Origin: Anthoceros angustus
Lineage: Eukaryota; Plantae; Anthocerotophyta
Reading direction: 5' to 3'
Assembly: GCA_010909165.1 (NCBI GenBank)
Contig: MU008178.1
Coordinates: 74,369 to 138,368 of the forward strand
Length of the DNA stretch: 64,000 nt
Of the stretch, positions 12,830 through 26,109 are shown piece after piece; within the stretch, counting starts at the first letter, position 1; each line of letters opens with the position of its first letter. The notes under the pieces are model-generated. The model had not been told where the DNA came from. It saw only the letters and a list, made by a program, of their open reading frames with translations, and did no database searches. Position numbers and translations under genes: made by a program.

Positions 12830-15800
12830 ACACTTTCGGTCTTAGGGAAGCAGGGGCTACGGTCAGGACCTCCTCCGTCGTTTGGGCCTCCGTCCGGGCT
12901 CTACCGCCTCCGAGTCCCTCGGCTCACCGTTCCGGTCCGTTCGTGCAGGCTGCTCGGGCTGGTCCCCGATCACCCTTCCACTGCACACACCACACGTTAG
13001 GGTCGTCACGGAACCTTGATCGGTCTCTCGGGTGTCGTGCACCTTTCGATGACTCGGGACTCACGTTAGCAAGAAGGCACAAGTGCGGCAGCATCAACAC
13101 CAAGAAGATACTTTACTTAGCGACCTCGGCCCTCTTATACTCGCGGAGGTCGGCGCCTTTACACCTATTACGAGCGGTGGCCGGCTCGATGCGCCCTAAT
13201 CGGGCCTACCATCCTATTCCTCCCTCCTATCTCCTTCGTCGGTGGGGTGGGAAGGTCCGGGTTCCGCCTCGGGATTGGTGGCCCAATCTCCCGGCGGCGA
13301 TTCGGCGCGCAATCGGATGATCCGAGGCGGGACCCCTTCCTCTTCCGGAATCACATCGGGTTGGGCGTGATCGGCGGTCGCCCGTTACCACGTCGTTCCC
13401 CACGGTTCCCCGGTGGGTCCCCGTCCGATAGACCATTGCTCCCCAGCGTAAGTGGAGGGGACTCCTCCTTACTTCTGAGTCAGGACCTCGGGGTCGGTCT
13501 CGACTCAGTCGGAACCTCGAGTGCCTCCTTACAGTCGTCTGCTGGGTCGGTCTCATCTGGGGTTCGGACCTCGGGTCGAACTTATTCTGGTCGGTCTCGC
13601 TCCGGACCCTTACTGCGGACCTCTTCTTGCTAGGTCCTCATCCCTTCCACCGACCCTTGTCTTGGGTCGGTTTGGGCTCCTCCTTCCACTCCTCCTTCAA
13701 GGCCCCGCCTCTATCTTCCGGCGGGTTGCGTGGACTTACAGGATTCGTTGTATGGCGGCGTCCTGCTCCTCTTGATGCTCTTCTCCCGCTCCGTCGTCTC
13801 AAGCAGGGGCCACTAGAGTCCCGTCTTCATCCCTTGAGCCTTCCGAGTCCGTCTATTTGGTGAGGAGGCTGATGTCTTAAGGAGCTCGGGTGGTAGGCAA
13901 AGTCTGAATCAACTTGAATTGCCTCTTCCACGTGTGCCGGGCACACTCCCTTAGCCATGGGTGTTCGGTGGGCGTCTTTGCCCGCTTGTTGACCACCTCC
14001 ACCGGGTTTGGCGGTGGCGGGCCGTATCACGCGAGGCTACAAGGCGGCCTCGGTACCTCCTGCGGCCGCTGTTCTGCTCACTTTGCTCAGCTCCGTCGTT
14101 TCAGCTCAGCTTACCGCCATAGCGCGGCGTTCCCTTCCGCCTTTCTCAAGCGGACCAGCTTCTTTTACGCGTCCGGTGCTCTCGCTCCGTTCATCACGGC
14201 GTTAACTCACCCATCTCCCTCTCCGGTGGCGGTCGGGCAACTCTGCCCGTCGCGGGCCTCGCCAGTCCTTCTCCATTTCGTCGGCGTCCTGCTCTCATTC
14301 CCGCCGTCTTCCTCCGTCCAGCATTGGGCCGCTCTATTTCTGTTCGTGATCGCGATCACGCCTGGAACTACCATTCCTCTCAATGGTAAGTTTGGGCTGC
14401 GACTCGAGTCTCCTTGCGGTCTTCCATCTCACCTGGCGTTCCACCTCAGGGGCCGGAGATCCTCCATCTCCTTGCAGCGTGCTTCCTCCTCCTCGGCATG
14501 TGGCCCCACCTTTCGCCTCCTGCTCCTTCTTGAGTTAGCGGCTATCCTGCGTCTCCCTCCACCGGTTCCGATCACATAGTGATCCGGTCGGTCTTAGCGG
14601 CCGCCTCCTTGCCCGCGAGCTTCGCCCATTTGGGTCGGTCGGGCCGCCTCGCGACCACGAGCCTTCTCCGCTTGCGCCGGGCCTCCTCGCCTCTGTGCGC
14701 TTCCCCTCCGCTGGAGGTCTTGGCCCGTGCTTGGGCCTCACTGCCTTGTGCTCACCCGGTGAAGGAATTTAATCGATCTGTCGGATGGACGGACTTCCCT
14801 CTCGGCCTCCCTGCGTTTCCCTTCCTCGATGCGGCCGAGAGCTTGGCCTTCCTCCTTGCCTCTGGGCCAGGCCTCCTGCTCACGGAGGAGCACCATGCCT
14901 CGGGTGGCTTCTACCTCCAGGTCTTCTCGGCCATCCGAGACCCCAAAGCATCTGAATCCATGGCGGTGGCCGAACCGTGTTTCTTCCACGGCCGCGTGAG
15001 ACCCCACAAAGTCGTAGTGGGAGGCGGGCATTTCACAGTCCCAAGGACCTCCATCTGCGATCGGGAGTAAGTCGGGCTGGGTTCTCGGACCTAATCGGGA
15101 CCCTTAGGTCGAGTCTTGGCTCGGAGCTTCACCCTCCTTAGCCCTCTTGGCCGTTCCTTATTGCCCTCTTAGTCACAGGGGCTCGGAGGGGAGGGTCAGG
15201 GAGCTAGCCCTTTGCCCCTTCACAGCCGGGGCAGGACCCGGCTGAGTGCAGTGCTTGCGGTGACCTCTGCTCCTTGGGCGGCACCCTTCACCCTCCTTAC
15301 CGCCTCTTGACTCTTGCCACTCAGTAGGCGGGGGTAAGAATCTTGGCACCGTCGAGTCTTTGCGTTAATAGCATCTTGCGCCTCTTCGGTTCCCCGAGTC
15401 CGTGAGCTCGGCCAGCGTATTCTTTGGTTGGGCCGGGCTGCAGCCAACTCGCTCCGTCGTTCCCTCTGTGCGTTGATTGCTCGGAGGAGGCACGAGAGAA
15501 GGCGGGATTTCCTCCCATACTTCCACAGGTGGTGAGGGGTCCGTTCGAGGGCGTATGGGTCAATCCTCGATCGTCCTCCTCCTCGTGGTTTGGCCTTGGG
15601 GGTGCCCCACCTCGGGCGCCCTTGCACGCTCCACTTCGGCGGGGCCTCCGGCCCGGGCGGCTCGATCTCTCCCTCCGGAGCTCGAAATGTCCCCATACAT
15701 GGATCGGTGTATGGGGCCGAGATGCGAGGCTTCTCGCTCCTCGGCTTGCGGGCCTCTGAGCCAGGCGAAGATAATCCTTCCCAGTCCGCCCTCTTCCCCG

Positions 15801-16950
15801 GCGCATGCGAGAATACCAACAATTATCACCAAGGTGATCCACCTTGGTGGCAGTTCAATGGACAATGATCCGGGCTCTGACCCTTACTGTTGTCGGCCAG
15901 TCGGATATCAACGGTTGGTTGTCCCTGCGTTCGAGCCTCGCCCTTGTTGCGGCCCTATCTTTCCCTTCGCCTTGAGGGCGGAACCGCCCCTTCTTCCTCC
16001 TTTGGGCGGTTGTAGGCCCTCGGGACCTCAAGGTCCATCGCCTAGGGTCCTCCGGAGGTTCTTGGACCGAACCTCCTTGTTGGCGCCAGCATCTTGAGCG
16101 AACTCCGGACGGTGTGTTGTCGAGCGTCCGACACTGGAACACATCAGTGCCACTCCTCGACTAATTCCCCGCTTCCTCCGGCCCGGGGCCCAAAGTCCGG
16201 ATAGCGGTCACAATGTTGCGCTCTACGGGTTCCATGGCTCCCAAACCTCCGAGCCTTTTGGGTGCCATCGCCTTCTTCTCCCTTGTTGCATGGGCTGGCG
16301 GTCGGCACGTCGCCCTCCTCGCGCGTTGTTGCTCCAACCCGACGGTGAGCCACGCTCGAAGATGCTTGGGCGCTCAAGAGATAGCGCGCGAGGCCGGGTT
16401 GCGGGCGCAAGGCTGCGGTGTCGGTGTGAAATGACCTTCCCCTTGGCGCGCCTTTGGGAGTAACGGCGGGAAGGCGCCTCTTCCTGTCGTAGCGCGAGTG
16501 CATGCAGCTTACTCGACCTTCGCCTCCGCTTACTGCGGCCTTGCGCGCGTACTACGGCCCCTTACGCCGCGCGGTCGCGGGCGTGAATACTTATAACGGC
16601 CCACAGCAGTCGGTCCTTACTGCTGCATGCCGACCTCCACTCGGGGCCGTGTGGCCGCTTATGCATCCTCACGACTCAACTTCTAAGTTACTTTCCAGGC
16701 GTACTTATCTGTTTGACCGGGTGGGGTCGGACTTATCCGTTACGGCGTAGTCGTGCTTGCCATAGTGGTTCGGGGTCGTTGCCCACTCAGTCCGGAGTAT
16801 ACTCGGATCGGTCCGGGCGCTATCCATGCTTATTCCTCCTTTTCCGCCTTATTTTATCCCACCTCTGAAAAAACAAAACCCTACTTGTTCTTAGCCCCAA
16901 AGGGAAGTCCAAGCCCACATACTCCCCTTCTCTACATTGGCGTCTCGCCA
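12830..16950 (-). mobile_element. GC-rich, probably TE-derived degenerate coding region of unknown family
   Basis: Many overlapping Arg/Gly/Pro-rich broken ORFs, no recognisable catalytic motif, embedded among TEs. Confidence 0.3.
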
Positions 16951-18479
16951 ACATAATCTTTTCACCCGTTCACGGGTGGGCGGTTCACCATCCAGCTAGA
17001 AGTGAAGCGGACCCATTGGCGTATACCCTGCATGGTAAGGTCCATCCACCGTGGTGGGTTGCGGAAAGTGCATATGGCGGTATCGTGAAGGGCCAAATCT
17101 CCCTCCTTCACATACTCACAGTTAGGCGCTATGCCACATCTTGCGTTGATTACGCACAAAGTTGCATCCATTTGTGCGCCTCTTCACGACCCTCATTGTC
17201 TTGAACAAACCCTAACAATCGCTCAGTTGGCTTTCCTCCTCGGTTATGGCCAAGCCTTCCATCAGGACCGAAGTGTCGGCACCTCAAATTCGGCCAAGCA
17301 TAATGGTGAATGCCCATAAGTCAAATAAGCGTCCGTTGTAGTCACCTTCTCTGTCGTTTCCACCTCGATCCATCACGGTTTGGAGGCGGTATATGGTTTG
17401 CGGTGCAGTACTCAGGAGGAGGCCATGGTAAAGGATCCCAAAGTTTGTGAGTCCATATTACATCCATCGGCACGATTGACGATTGACCGCGTCAAACATA
17501 AGTGGCGTGGGTGGCGGTGACATGTCATATACGCTCCCGGTATGGATGGGCACCAACCCTATCCATCCATTCCAGCGAAGTGGACATGGCGGGTCATCGA
17601 CTTTTTGCAGTGTTGATGAGTAGTACCGTGGTACAAATGGAGGAATCACATTTCCCAAGCCTTTAAGAATGGTGAAAGTATACCCGAGAATGTGAGGTAT
17701 AACTGGCCCCGAACACGGCATCATGCCCAAGAGGCAAAAGCCGGGGCCGGCCAAGCCTGCGTCGCCGTGGCGTGGGCGGAGAGCAACCTCCGTCCATCGG
17801 CCGATGGCCATCGCCGTGAGCGAGGCTGCGGCCCTCTTCCTCGATGGCCATCGTCGATTCGCGGCGTGTGGCGGACAATATCCACACAATCACCGCAATG
17901 TTGCAAGCAACATCGAAGGTGAGAAATGAGCGTTTGAGGCATCATATAAAGAAATCAAACATCCACGAGGTTGAAGAAATGATACACGGTCACGGCTTGT
18001 GAAGCGAGGTTTCAAGCTGCGATTTGTGCACACCTTCCATGCCACATGAGGTTGGATACCATCGCGCCACTCGTGACCATTGGAGACTTCCACATTGCCA
18101 CCCCAATGGCGGATTCCAGTTGCATGCACGAGAAGACCTTGCCCACTAAGATGGTCAACGCCCCTCGGGCCGCTTGGGGTCCTTGATGGCCAGCGGTAGG
18201 CGGGTGTGCGGGAGATGGGAGAACAACAAACCAATGGTGGTTCTCGGTTCGATCCATTCGCCCTCAAGCAGTTGGTTTCCTACACACCCATGGAGCAGTG
18301 CGACGGATGAAGAGGAGGAGGGCAAGGGTTGGGAGTGGTGCGACCTCCTCGACTATTCCACAAGGCGACCGCGCATGCTTGGAGGACAGCGGATCGCCAC
18401 AACCATGAGCGGAGGCCCGAGGCAAGGTCATTTAAACCGTGCATGCGAGATGAGGGCCGCCGTGGGCAACCACTTGTGC

Positions 18480-20680
18480 GTCATGGCGAATGGAGAGCAG
18501 TCGAGGAATCTTTCATGTCGACCGTTCTGTAAAGGAAAGCGGGCATGGCGAGCTTTCCGGCTATCGATTTCCATGAATGACCACTATTGCAAGGTGCAAT
18601 GAGGATGGCGGTCGGTTAGTGCGGGCATAGAGTGGCGGATTCCAATGCCGATGCTCTGCGTGATATGAAAAAAAGGCCAAGCGTCCGTCTTCGGTGGCGT
18701 GAGGGTTGTCGTCATTTTTCACAATTTCAGCCATGTCATCCACGCCATGTCTCCCGTTGATGGTCGGTATAGCGGCTGGCGATGCTGCTCGGACATTATC
18801 TCTGCCGAGCTAGCCCGCGATGATGGCGATCACGGGATCTTATTCGATATCTCTGGTGGTTGACGCATCTCTCTTAGGCTGGTCAAGAGGAGGCGAGGTC
18901 GACAAGTGCCATGCCGTGTGCGGAAATGATGATCACGGTCTTCCTTACATCACGGGGACATGGCACGCCAAATGCTACCGTCACCATCACTTATTGGCAA
19001 TGGCGCACCAGGTTGGACATTAGCGGTATCTTCACTTTGATGAAGGCAACCAAGTCAAGTGGGTTTGAGTAGGATACATCATAGGGTTCGACCTACCACT
19101 TGTCCTTTTGTCATGGCATATTGTATGCGGGCCATGTACTTGCAAGGATCATAATAGACGAATGGGCGATGTTTATTGCCATTGTGGTTATAATGTCCGC
19201 CCGCAAAGGGAAAGGCGGGAAAACTGAATGTAGGTGGCCTGCTGGATGATCTCCGCCCCACTCCTTCCCTCCTCCACCCGTCACCACAAGGTTACGACGG
19301 GAGTGAAATAACTACTTGGACCATGGTCATTCCGATTGCATTGCGAACAATGGTCCTTGGCTGCTCGAAAAAGTATTCAACACTGTTCGACCACATATGC
19401 ATTAACCATCCTTGGACCATGGTCATTCCGATTGCATTGCGAACAATGGTCCTTGGTCATCGAAAAGGTACTCAACCTTTGGAACACATATGCATTAATC
19501 CTTGGACCATGGTCATTCGATTGCATTGCGAACAATGGTCCTTGGATCTCGAAAAAGTAACATTTATTCCCTATGCTTAACCATCCTTGGAACATGGTCA
19601 TTCAGGTGCATTGCGAACAATGGTCCTTGGATCTCGAATAAGTAGTCAACACTTTCCACACATGTCATGTATCCTTGGACCATGGTCTTTTCAACTCACA
19701 AACCAACAACATCCATGGCCCATGGGCATCCGCTAAGTTGCCAAATTCGTCCTTGGGTCACGAATTATCGTACAAATCGCGCCTATATATATGAAGTATG
19801 GGGACATGCCAACCGAACAAAAAGGCGAGGTGTGTGCGGGAAAGACGGCATAGCTAGGGGCGAGCCATGACCGACACACAACACCATTCACCCATGGGCA
19901 TCCAAAGCATCATGGTCGTCCTTGGTGAAGGCGTTCAAATCTGCCGGGCTATATATGTGAAGCAGGGGACATGGCGGCTTGGAGCAGTGGGTGCGTGTGC
20001 GCAGCAAGGGCGTGCCTCTTGGGCAGTGTGGCAGCATTATGCCGCCATGAAGGTAAAACCACGATTCGGACGTGTTGTTCGTCTGGCATGGCTTGAGCGA
20101 GCCATGGCGGCATGAATGACCACTGTGCAAGGTGCAATGAGGATGGCGGTCGGTTAGTGCGGGCATGTAGGTGGCGCGGTTTCAATGCGATGCTCTGACG
20201 TGATAGGAAAAGGCGTCGTCTTCCCGATTGGCGTGAGGGTTGTCGTCATTGCAGTTTTTCACAATTTCAGCCTAGTGTCATCCACTTGCCATGTCTCTCC
20301 CGTTGATGTCGGTATATGACACGGCGATGCTCAGCGGACATTATCTGCCAAGGCTAACCGGGTCGTAGCGATCGAGGATCTTATTTGCGATATCTTGGTT
20401 GACGCATCTCTCTTAAATGGTCAAGAGGAGCAAAAGGTCGACAAGTGCGATGCACATGTGCAGGAAATGATGATCACGGTCTTCCTTACATCACGGGGAC
20501 ATGGCACGCCGCTCGTCACCATCACTTGCGGCAATGGCGCAATTATCGACATTAGCGGTATCTTCACTTGGATGAAGGCAACCATGTCAAGTGGGTTTCG
20601 AAGTAGGATACATCATAGTTTGCGACCTACCACTTGTCCTTTTGTCATGGCATATTGTATGCGGGCCAACTTGCTTCTGG
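18480..20680. repeat. Dispersed duplication 18480-19260 vs 20020-20680 inside the KDZ-like region
   Basis: Shared blocks such as GCAAGGTGCAATGAGGATGGCGGTCGGTTAGTGCGGGCAT and CCTACCACTTGTCCTTTTGTCATGGCATATTGTATGCGGGCCA; copies differ largely by small indels. Confidence 0.8.
19317..19690. repeat. Tandem repeat, ~85-95 bp unit, ~4.5 copies
   Basis: Recurring TTGGACCATGGTCATTC(C)GATTGCATTGCGAACAATGGTCCTTGG core. Confidence 0.85.
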
Positions 20681-20790
20681 AAAATTCGTTTGTAGAAACG
20701 AGGACAAAAAACTTCTTCTCTCCTCCTCCTGAATTCGAGAGACTGGATTCAGAAAGTGCAGCCTCTCAAAGTCTGAAGCAAACTTATTAG

Positions 20791-22150
20791 TGTCAGAGGG
20801 ACAAAATCCCTCCTAGGTGTCATGCCGTGTGATACTAATATCTGCACTTGGGTTTAGTGTTTGATTAGAATTAATTAATCTAATTACTTATCTTTAAGTA
20901 AGTATTTAGTGTTAATTAATCTAATGTGCTTATGCTAATTAAGCATTGATTAGTGTTAATTAATCTAATATGCTTATGTTAATTAAGCATTGATTAGTGT
21001 TAATTAAATATGGTTAGCAATAGCTAAGTGGATAAGCTCAAGTAATATGCTTTGGCATATTCCTTGCATATTATAGTGTATTCTTAGATACAATAGCTAA
21101 GTGGATAGCTCAAATGTGCTTTGGCATATTCCTTGCATATTATAGTGTATTCTTAGGATATTTACGGCATATCGATGCCAATGGATATCTTAGGAATATG
21201 CCGATGCCGGTCTAGTATATAGACCCTTCCATTGAGGACAAGCTCGGATCATAGCTTGTCCTCTAGATGTCTGCAAGGCGTTGTGAGGAGGCCAAAGCTA
21301 TGACTCAGGAGGCGATGTGTGAGGAATTTGCGTGTTGTTCTCGTGGGGAGAGTGTGTTTGTGCCACGACGTGCGAGATACTCCCTCCTGTTGTTACAAGC
21401 TATGATCTCGGCTGTGCTGGCGATGCTAGGCGATGCTAGGCGTGCTTGTGGCGATGCGGTGATGCTAAGCGTGCTAGGCGTGCTGGCGTGCTGGCGTGCT
21501 ACGTGCTGCGATGCTGGCGTGCTGCGTGCTGGCGTGCTGGCTGGATGCGTGCTGGTGATGCTAAGCTACTGAGGCGTGCTGGCGTGCTGGCGAGGCTAAG
21601 CGGGCTAGCTCTTTAAGCCAAAACTCAAGTAAGGCCAAGGAGGAGGCGAAGAAGCCCAAGTCCAAGGCCAAGGAGAGGAGGCGAAAGGCAGGGAGGGCGG
21701 CCAAGTCAAGGCGAGGAGAGGAGGCGAAGAGGCCCGGAGAGGCAAGGAGAGGGAGGGAGCCAAGTCGGGCCAGAGGAGGCGAGCCCAAGTCAAGGCCAGG
21801 AGGCAGAGGGCGGGAGGGCAAGGAGGGCTCAAAGAAGCCCCCACCAAGAGGAGGAATGAGGCTCCAAGGGTGCTTTTAAGCCAACCAGCAAGGAAACAAG
21901 AGTATTTTACTCTTGGGCAGACTTGCAGAGAGGGGATGAACAAGTATTTTACTCTTGGGCCATGGCGATCTTGTCCAAAGAGTCTGTAGTTTGGCACCCC
22001 ATCCGACAGCGATCCACCTCAGGGTGCTTAACTTTGGAGTTCTTGTGCCTTGCTCAACTCACCCGCTCACGGTTTTGATATCTATAACTGCAGGTTGTAT
22101 GGATTTTAACATGCATAGATACTTAGTTTCACTAATCACGATCTAAGTTA
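20791..22150. mobile_element. Probable solo-LTR-like insertion with internal minisatellites
   Basis: Begins TGTCAGAGGG; contains AT-rich TTAATTAA repeats, (GCTGGCGT)n and GAGGC/CCAAG repeats. It separates two minus-strand coding remnants. The right end and TSD were not resolved. Confidence 0.4.
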
Positions 22151-25100
22151 GAGGTGTGAACCATGATTGGTTTGACCTGGCATAATTTTTGGTGTGAGGA
22201 CACACTCGTCCAGGACCCAGACACCTGACAAGTCCATTGTCTTGCTCCTCTCGGTTGAGCCTCGAATGTGAGCTCCTCTTTCGATCGGCAAAACCTCGAA
22301 ACCATGTATGCGTTGTGGGATATAACCCGGCATGTGACCTCTATGGCAATAGAATTGCGTCCGAGCAATCTTGCGTGTTGTTGTCCACTTCTGCGCAACC
22401 ATCCGAATCAATCTCCTTCTTTGGAGAATGTTTTGATGAATTTCATCATCAACCCGAGAGGTCTTTGACGGGCACACCACCATTTTGTCTTGAGACATGT
22501 ACACCTTCTTCACCACAATTATCATGTGCAATCACGGATCGTCCATTGTTAAAAGTCCCTGCGTAATATTGGGCGTCATAGCCGCTTTGTCTTGATGCCT
22601 TCCTTCACACACCAAGCAAACTTATGTACTCCATCTCAAATCCACCCCATTACTCATGTTTGTTTTGTCCCAAACGAAGGACACCATTCCACCCTTGCCA
22701 CATAATCCACGCATGCACTCTCTCACAAGGTGAGCTTCTTCCACTCCGTGCATGACAATGAGCCCAATTCTTCCGCGTCGTCTTCTCCGGAAGCTTTGGA
22801 AAAGCTGTGTTCATCATGCACGCATCCAACCGACTATCCATAGGACCAATGTCAAAGCCTCTTGGGACATCCATAACCGAGAAGGGTATAAGCCCGCGGC
22901 AAGGAATCCCGCATCTCCATAATGTTTCTTTTTCCACTTGATAGTAACACTCTTCTCGGACCACAGGCGGTGAACAAGTGCGGTCAGTCTTTCAAATCCT
23001 TGTCCGATTGCAGCTCATCCTCAAGACTCTTCCATTGTTAATCTCAAATATGAAGTTCTTGAAATCCTCCGGCTTTTGCAAATTCTCCACATCCTTTATT
23101 TCTTTGACGCCAGAAAGAAAAACGTTAGGCGGGGACACCACATTCCTATTGTATTCAAACAAGCGGTGACGATGGCGAAGGAGGGTGTGAAAGGCGGCCG
23201 ACCGGCGCCTTCACCACCCTCGACAAATTTGGTTTGCGTGCCGCATGCCACCGGCCGGCGCCCGCCCGGCCTACATAGCGGCGGCGCCCGGCGCGGCGCC
23301 CCATCCATGGCGGGCGGCATGGGCGGCCGGCGGCGCCCCGTGACCCTGCGCATCCCTCTGTGCCATTCTCGGGCAGACGTGGCGAGCGGCCGGCGCCCTC
23401 GCGCAAGAAACCAAAGCGACTCATTATCGTGGTGACGGATCTCACCTTCCAGAAAAGCCGTTTGAAACCGAGCAATCATGTCGTCCGTTGAGTGTAGAGG
23501 ATATTCCTTCCTCACTTCCTCGAAGATGAGCACTCCGGATGTTTAGCCATGGCCACTTGAATAACATGTCGGTTTCTTTCTTGAAGTAATTTCGTCCTCC
23601 ATTCCTTTGAGATCGAGGATGCACATCGATTACCTTCCCTTGCCGTGACAAGAATCTGCGCCCACATTCACCACGTATACCTGGAATGATTTCCGGGGTT
23701 TCATGTCTTTCGGCTTGAAATACACTGTTTCCACGTGTTTGGGATCATCTGTGACTTTCCTTTTTCCCTTCCCTTTCTTGCTGGTGCCAGCAGGTATGTG
23801 CTTCTTCTGCTCTGGTAACTCGCCTGCTTCCCACTTTGAAAAGATCTTATCAATATTATCCCATACCTTGCCCTCCTGCTTCGAGATGCACAGTATGTGT
23901 GTCCTGTTATCCACTTTGTTCTGCTTGTACACGTCATCTTCGCGGCCTTCATCATCTTCAATTAATCCAAGAACCTTATAAAGATTGAACTTCCATGACA
24001 TGGTCATCTGCACTCCATCCCGACGCGCAATAAGAAGCTCATCTCGTAAATATCTTACATTCAATAAAAGACATTTTCTTCCGCTTATCGGACATTGTGT
24101 TATGGTCGGTTGCAAGAACTCTCATCTCGTGCACCGTAAGCCCACGATACATGCGCTTCAACATATTGAAAGCAGGACTTCCGCAATATCGCCAAGTGCT
24201 TCATAGCGACATATGTGTGGTTCCCCAAGTACACCCATAATATATTTCTTGGCCCAATTTACGCATCCAACTTGCTAATATCGTTGCACTCCCGGGGTCA
24301 ATCATGCCGCATGGCGTAACCCTTCTTCAATCCTTCCTTGAAATAACTCGGGCTAGGTAGTTTGACCATGCCTCGTCCACCCTCGATTTGGGCATCCGTG
24401 TAATAAAAGATCGGCTTCAAATTCTCAAGCTTTACCAATCTGTCTCGGAACAACTTTCTTTGGCATAGGCGAGTCCACGATTATTGTCAATGGGTCGATT
24501 CCGGATGGCATCTTCAAGTCTTTCCTCATCGTCCGCACATGGACATCGCTATATTCTCTGGTGGGCTTCACTCACGGTTTCCTTCCTGGATTTCTTCTTT
24601 CTCTTCCCCGGTGGAGCCTCGCTATGTGAGCTGGTATGTGCTGTTGCGTGCCCACCATGCCTTGCTCTCCCACTCGAGTCCCCTGTCTCCATACTCTCGG
24701 ATCGGCGGACACGGAGGTGCCTCAATAGAAGCACCCCGCCCACGCCTCACCACCGTCTCTTCCGCAACAATTGCAAGGGCGTGCAATCAGGCGCCGGCCG
24801 GCGCCCAACCCTTCATGTGCCTTGGGAACCCCGAACGGTTGGGGTCGTGTAACAGTCTCCGGACTCCTATCGCGGGGCGCGGCCGGCGCCTCACCTCCTC
24901 CCGGATCGACCACCTCCATGGAGGAGCCGGGAAAAGGAATGTCCAGACAGCATCCTTCCATCCTCTCGCCTCCGAAAGTCGTCATCGTCGGGTGGCCAAG
25001 GGTCGGGTATACACCCATCCTCCTCATCGGATGGGCCGAGCTCACTAGGCACCGCTCGGCCGTGAGCCATCATGCACATTCTCGGGCTCGACTCGTCGTT

Positions 25101-25500
25101 GTGACATTTCCCTCCTATCTTTGGATGAATTCGGTAATCTTCCGCATATGGTAATCGTGTAGTGCTCTAGCTTCGAGCATCCGCAAAACAGAAAAAGTTG
25201 AGGAAAGGCAAGATAGAAGGCACAAGTCATGGAAACCAACATACAACGATTTGCATCAAGCGCCTTGAAAACCTTATTCCAAAGTTTTTTACTATGGTAC
25301 GCATTTTTCGAAATCCTCCACCAGTTTGAAGGATCGCACTTCTTGCTTTGGAAGCCATGTAGTGACCTCATAAGCCTTGTACATGGTTTCATCTTCGCTT
25401 ATCCGATCAAATACCAAAGGCTTTGTTGTGTGACATCAAACACAGCTCGTCCATCCATATCCACGATCGCCCATAGAACCCGGCCTTGCTCTCGGTTTGG
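22148..25500 (-). pseudogene. Multi-domain gene with a C-terminal beta-class N4-cytosine/N6-adenine DNA methyltransferase (N6_N4_Mtase-like) and a possible ParB-like N-terminal region; frameshifted in this assembly
   Basis: In beta-class order: SVMDVPRG (22857-22880, motif IV-like), LIVMH...FVWDKTN (22658-22765), EYISLLGVK (~22600-22632), QRPLGLMMKFIKTFSKEGD (22413-22469), DGCA(G)SG(T)TT across 1-nt gaps, LLGRNSIAIE (22341-22370). Upstream is WVYLGNHTYVAMKHL (~24195-24240). Confidence 0.7.
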
Positions 25501-26109
25501 CAAGGCCCCTTGAACCCTCGACCCACGGTTTCAATAGAGGAGTCCAAAATTGTTCTCCTCAAGGCTCCTCATCCTGTGTCAACATCCGGTCCTTCTCGGC
25601 GAGCAGTGGCCTCCACCTTGCTCCCCAACCCGTATGAGATCCTCATAGTTAAATGGCGTTGGAATAGGCGCGATTGCACTGTGGGGTCTCTTCCTCGGTC
25701 TCCTCCTGCGCACCTTCTCCTTCGTTGTCTTGGCCTTCCCGGATGTTAGGCTGCCCGATTTCCCATGCCCAATTGACAAATTACCTCCGTGGTGCTTGAT
25801 GGCTGGGTTGTATCTCGCCCCTCCACCGAGGTAGGCCGTGCCTTCTCCAACATCCACACCGAAATTCCGCCGCATCCTTCTTCTTGCGGGGATTTCTTGG
25901 TTTTGGGCATCGGGTCGATGTTGCCTCGGTTCTCCACGTTCCTTCCTACTTCGTCTTGCTTGCCATCCTCAAGAGATTAGATACAATCATAGGAAGCCAA
26001 TTCAAAGAAGGAATCGTCACAACTTGAAGGAAGGGGAGGGCCATCAAGACTATGTGAATCGCGGCGAAGAGGAAATGGCGGAGGATCGCAGCGGAGAAGT
26101 CGCGTCAGA

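Larger units (their letters stand above)
17000..20700 (-). mobile_element. Probable Kyakuja-Dileera-Zisupton (KDZ) transposase remnant with CxC-type domain
   Basis: Stitched minus-strand frames give CPRDVRKTVIIISAHGMALVDL (~18930-18980, CxC-like), FLTFDVAC (~17905-17930, cf. YDIAC) and VIPPF/HLYHGTTHQHC...AGMDG*G (~17560-17650, cf. PKFH..H..C and DGEG). Confidence 0.5.

Noticed and set aside
15560-15865. Possible env-like transmembrane segment WITLVIIVGILACAG
   Set aside because: One short hydrophobic run in a heavily frameshifted region with no linked gag-pol; not supportable.
19317-19690. CRISPR-like look (conserved ~45 bp core alternating with variable segments)
   Set aside because: The intervening segments are homologous to each other, the context is eukaryotic, and there are no cas genes; it is an ordinary diverged tandem repeat.
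22148-25500. TET/JBP or other 2OG-Fe(II) dioxygenase as KDZ cargo
   Set aside because: I looked for the HxD...H..R pattern and did not find it; the motifs fit an amino-methyltransferase instead.
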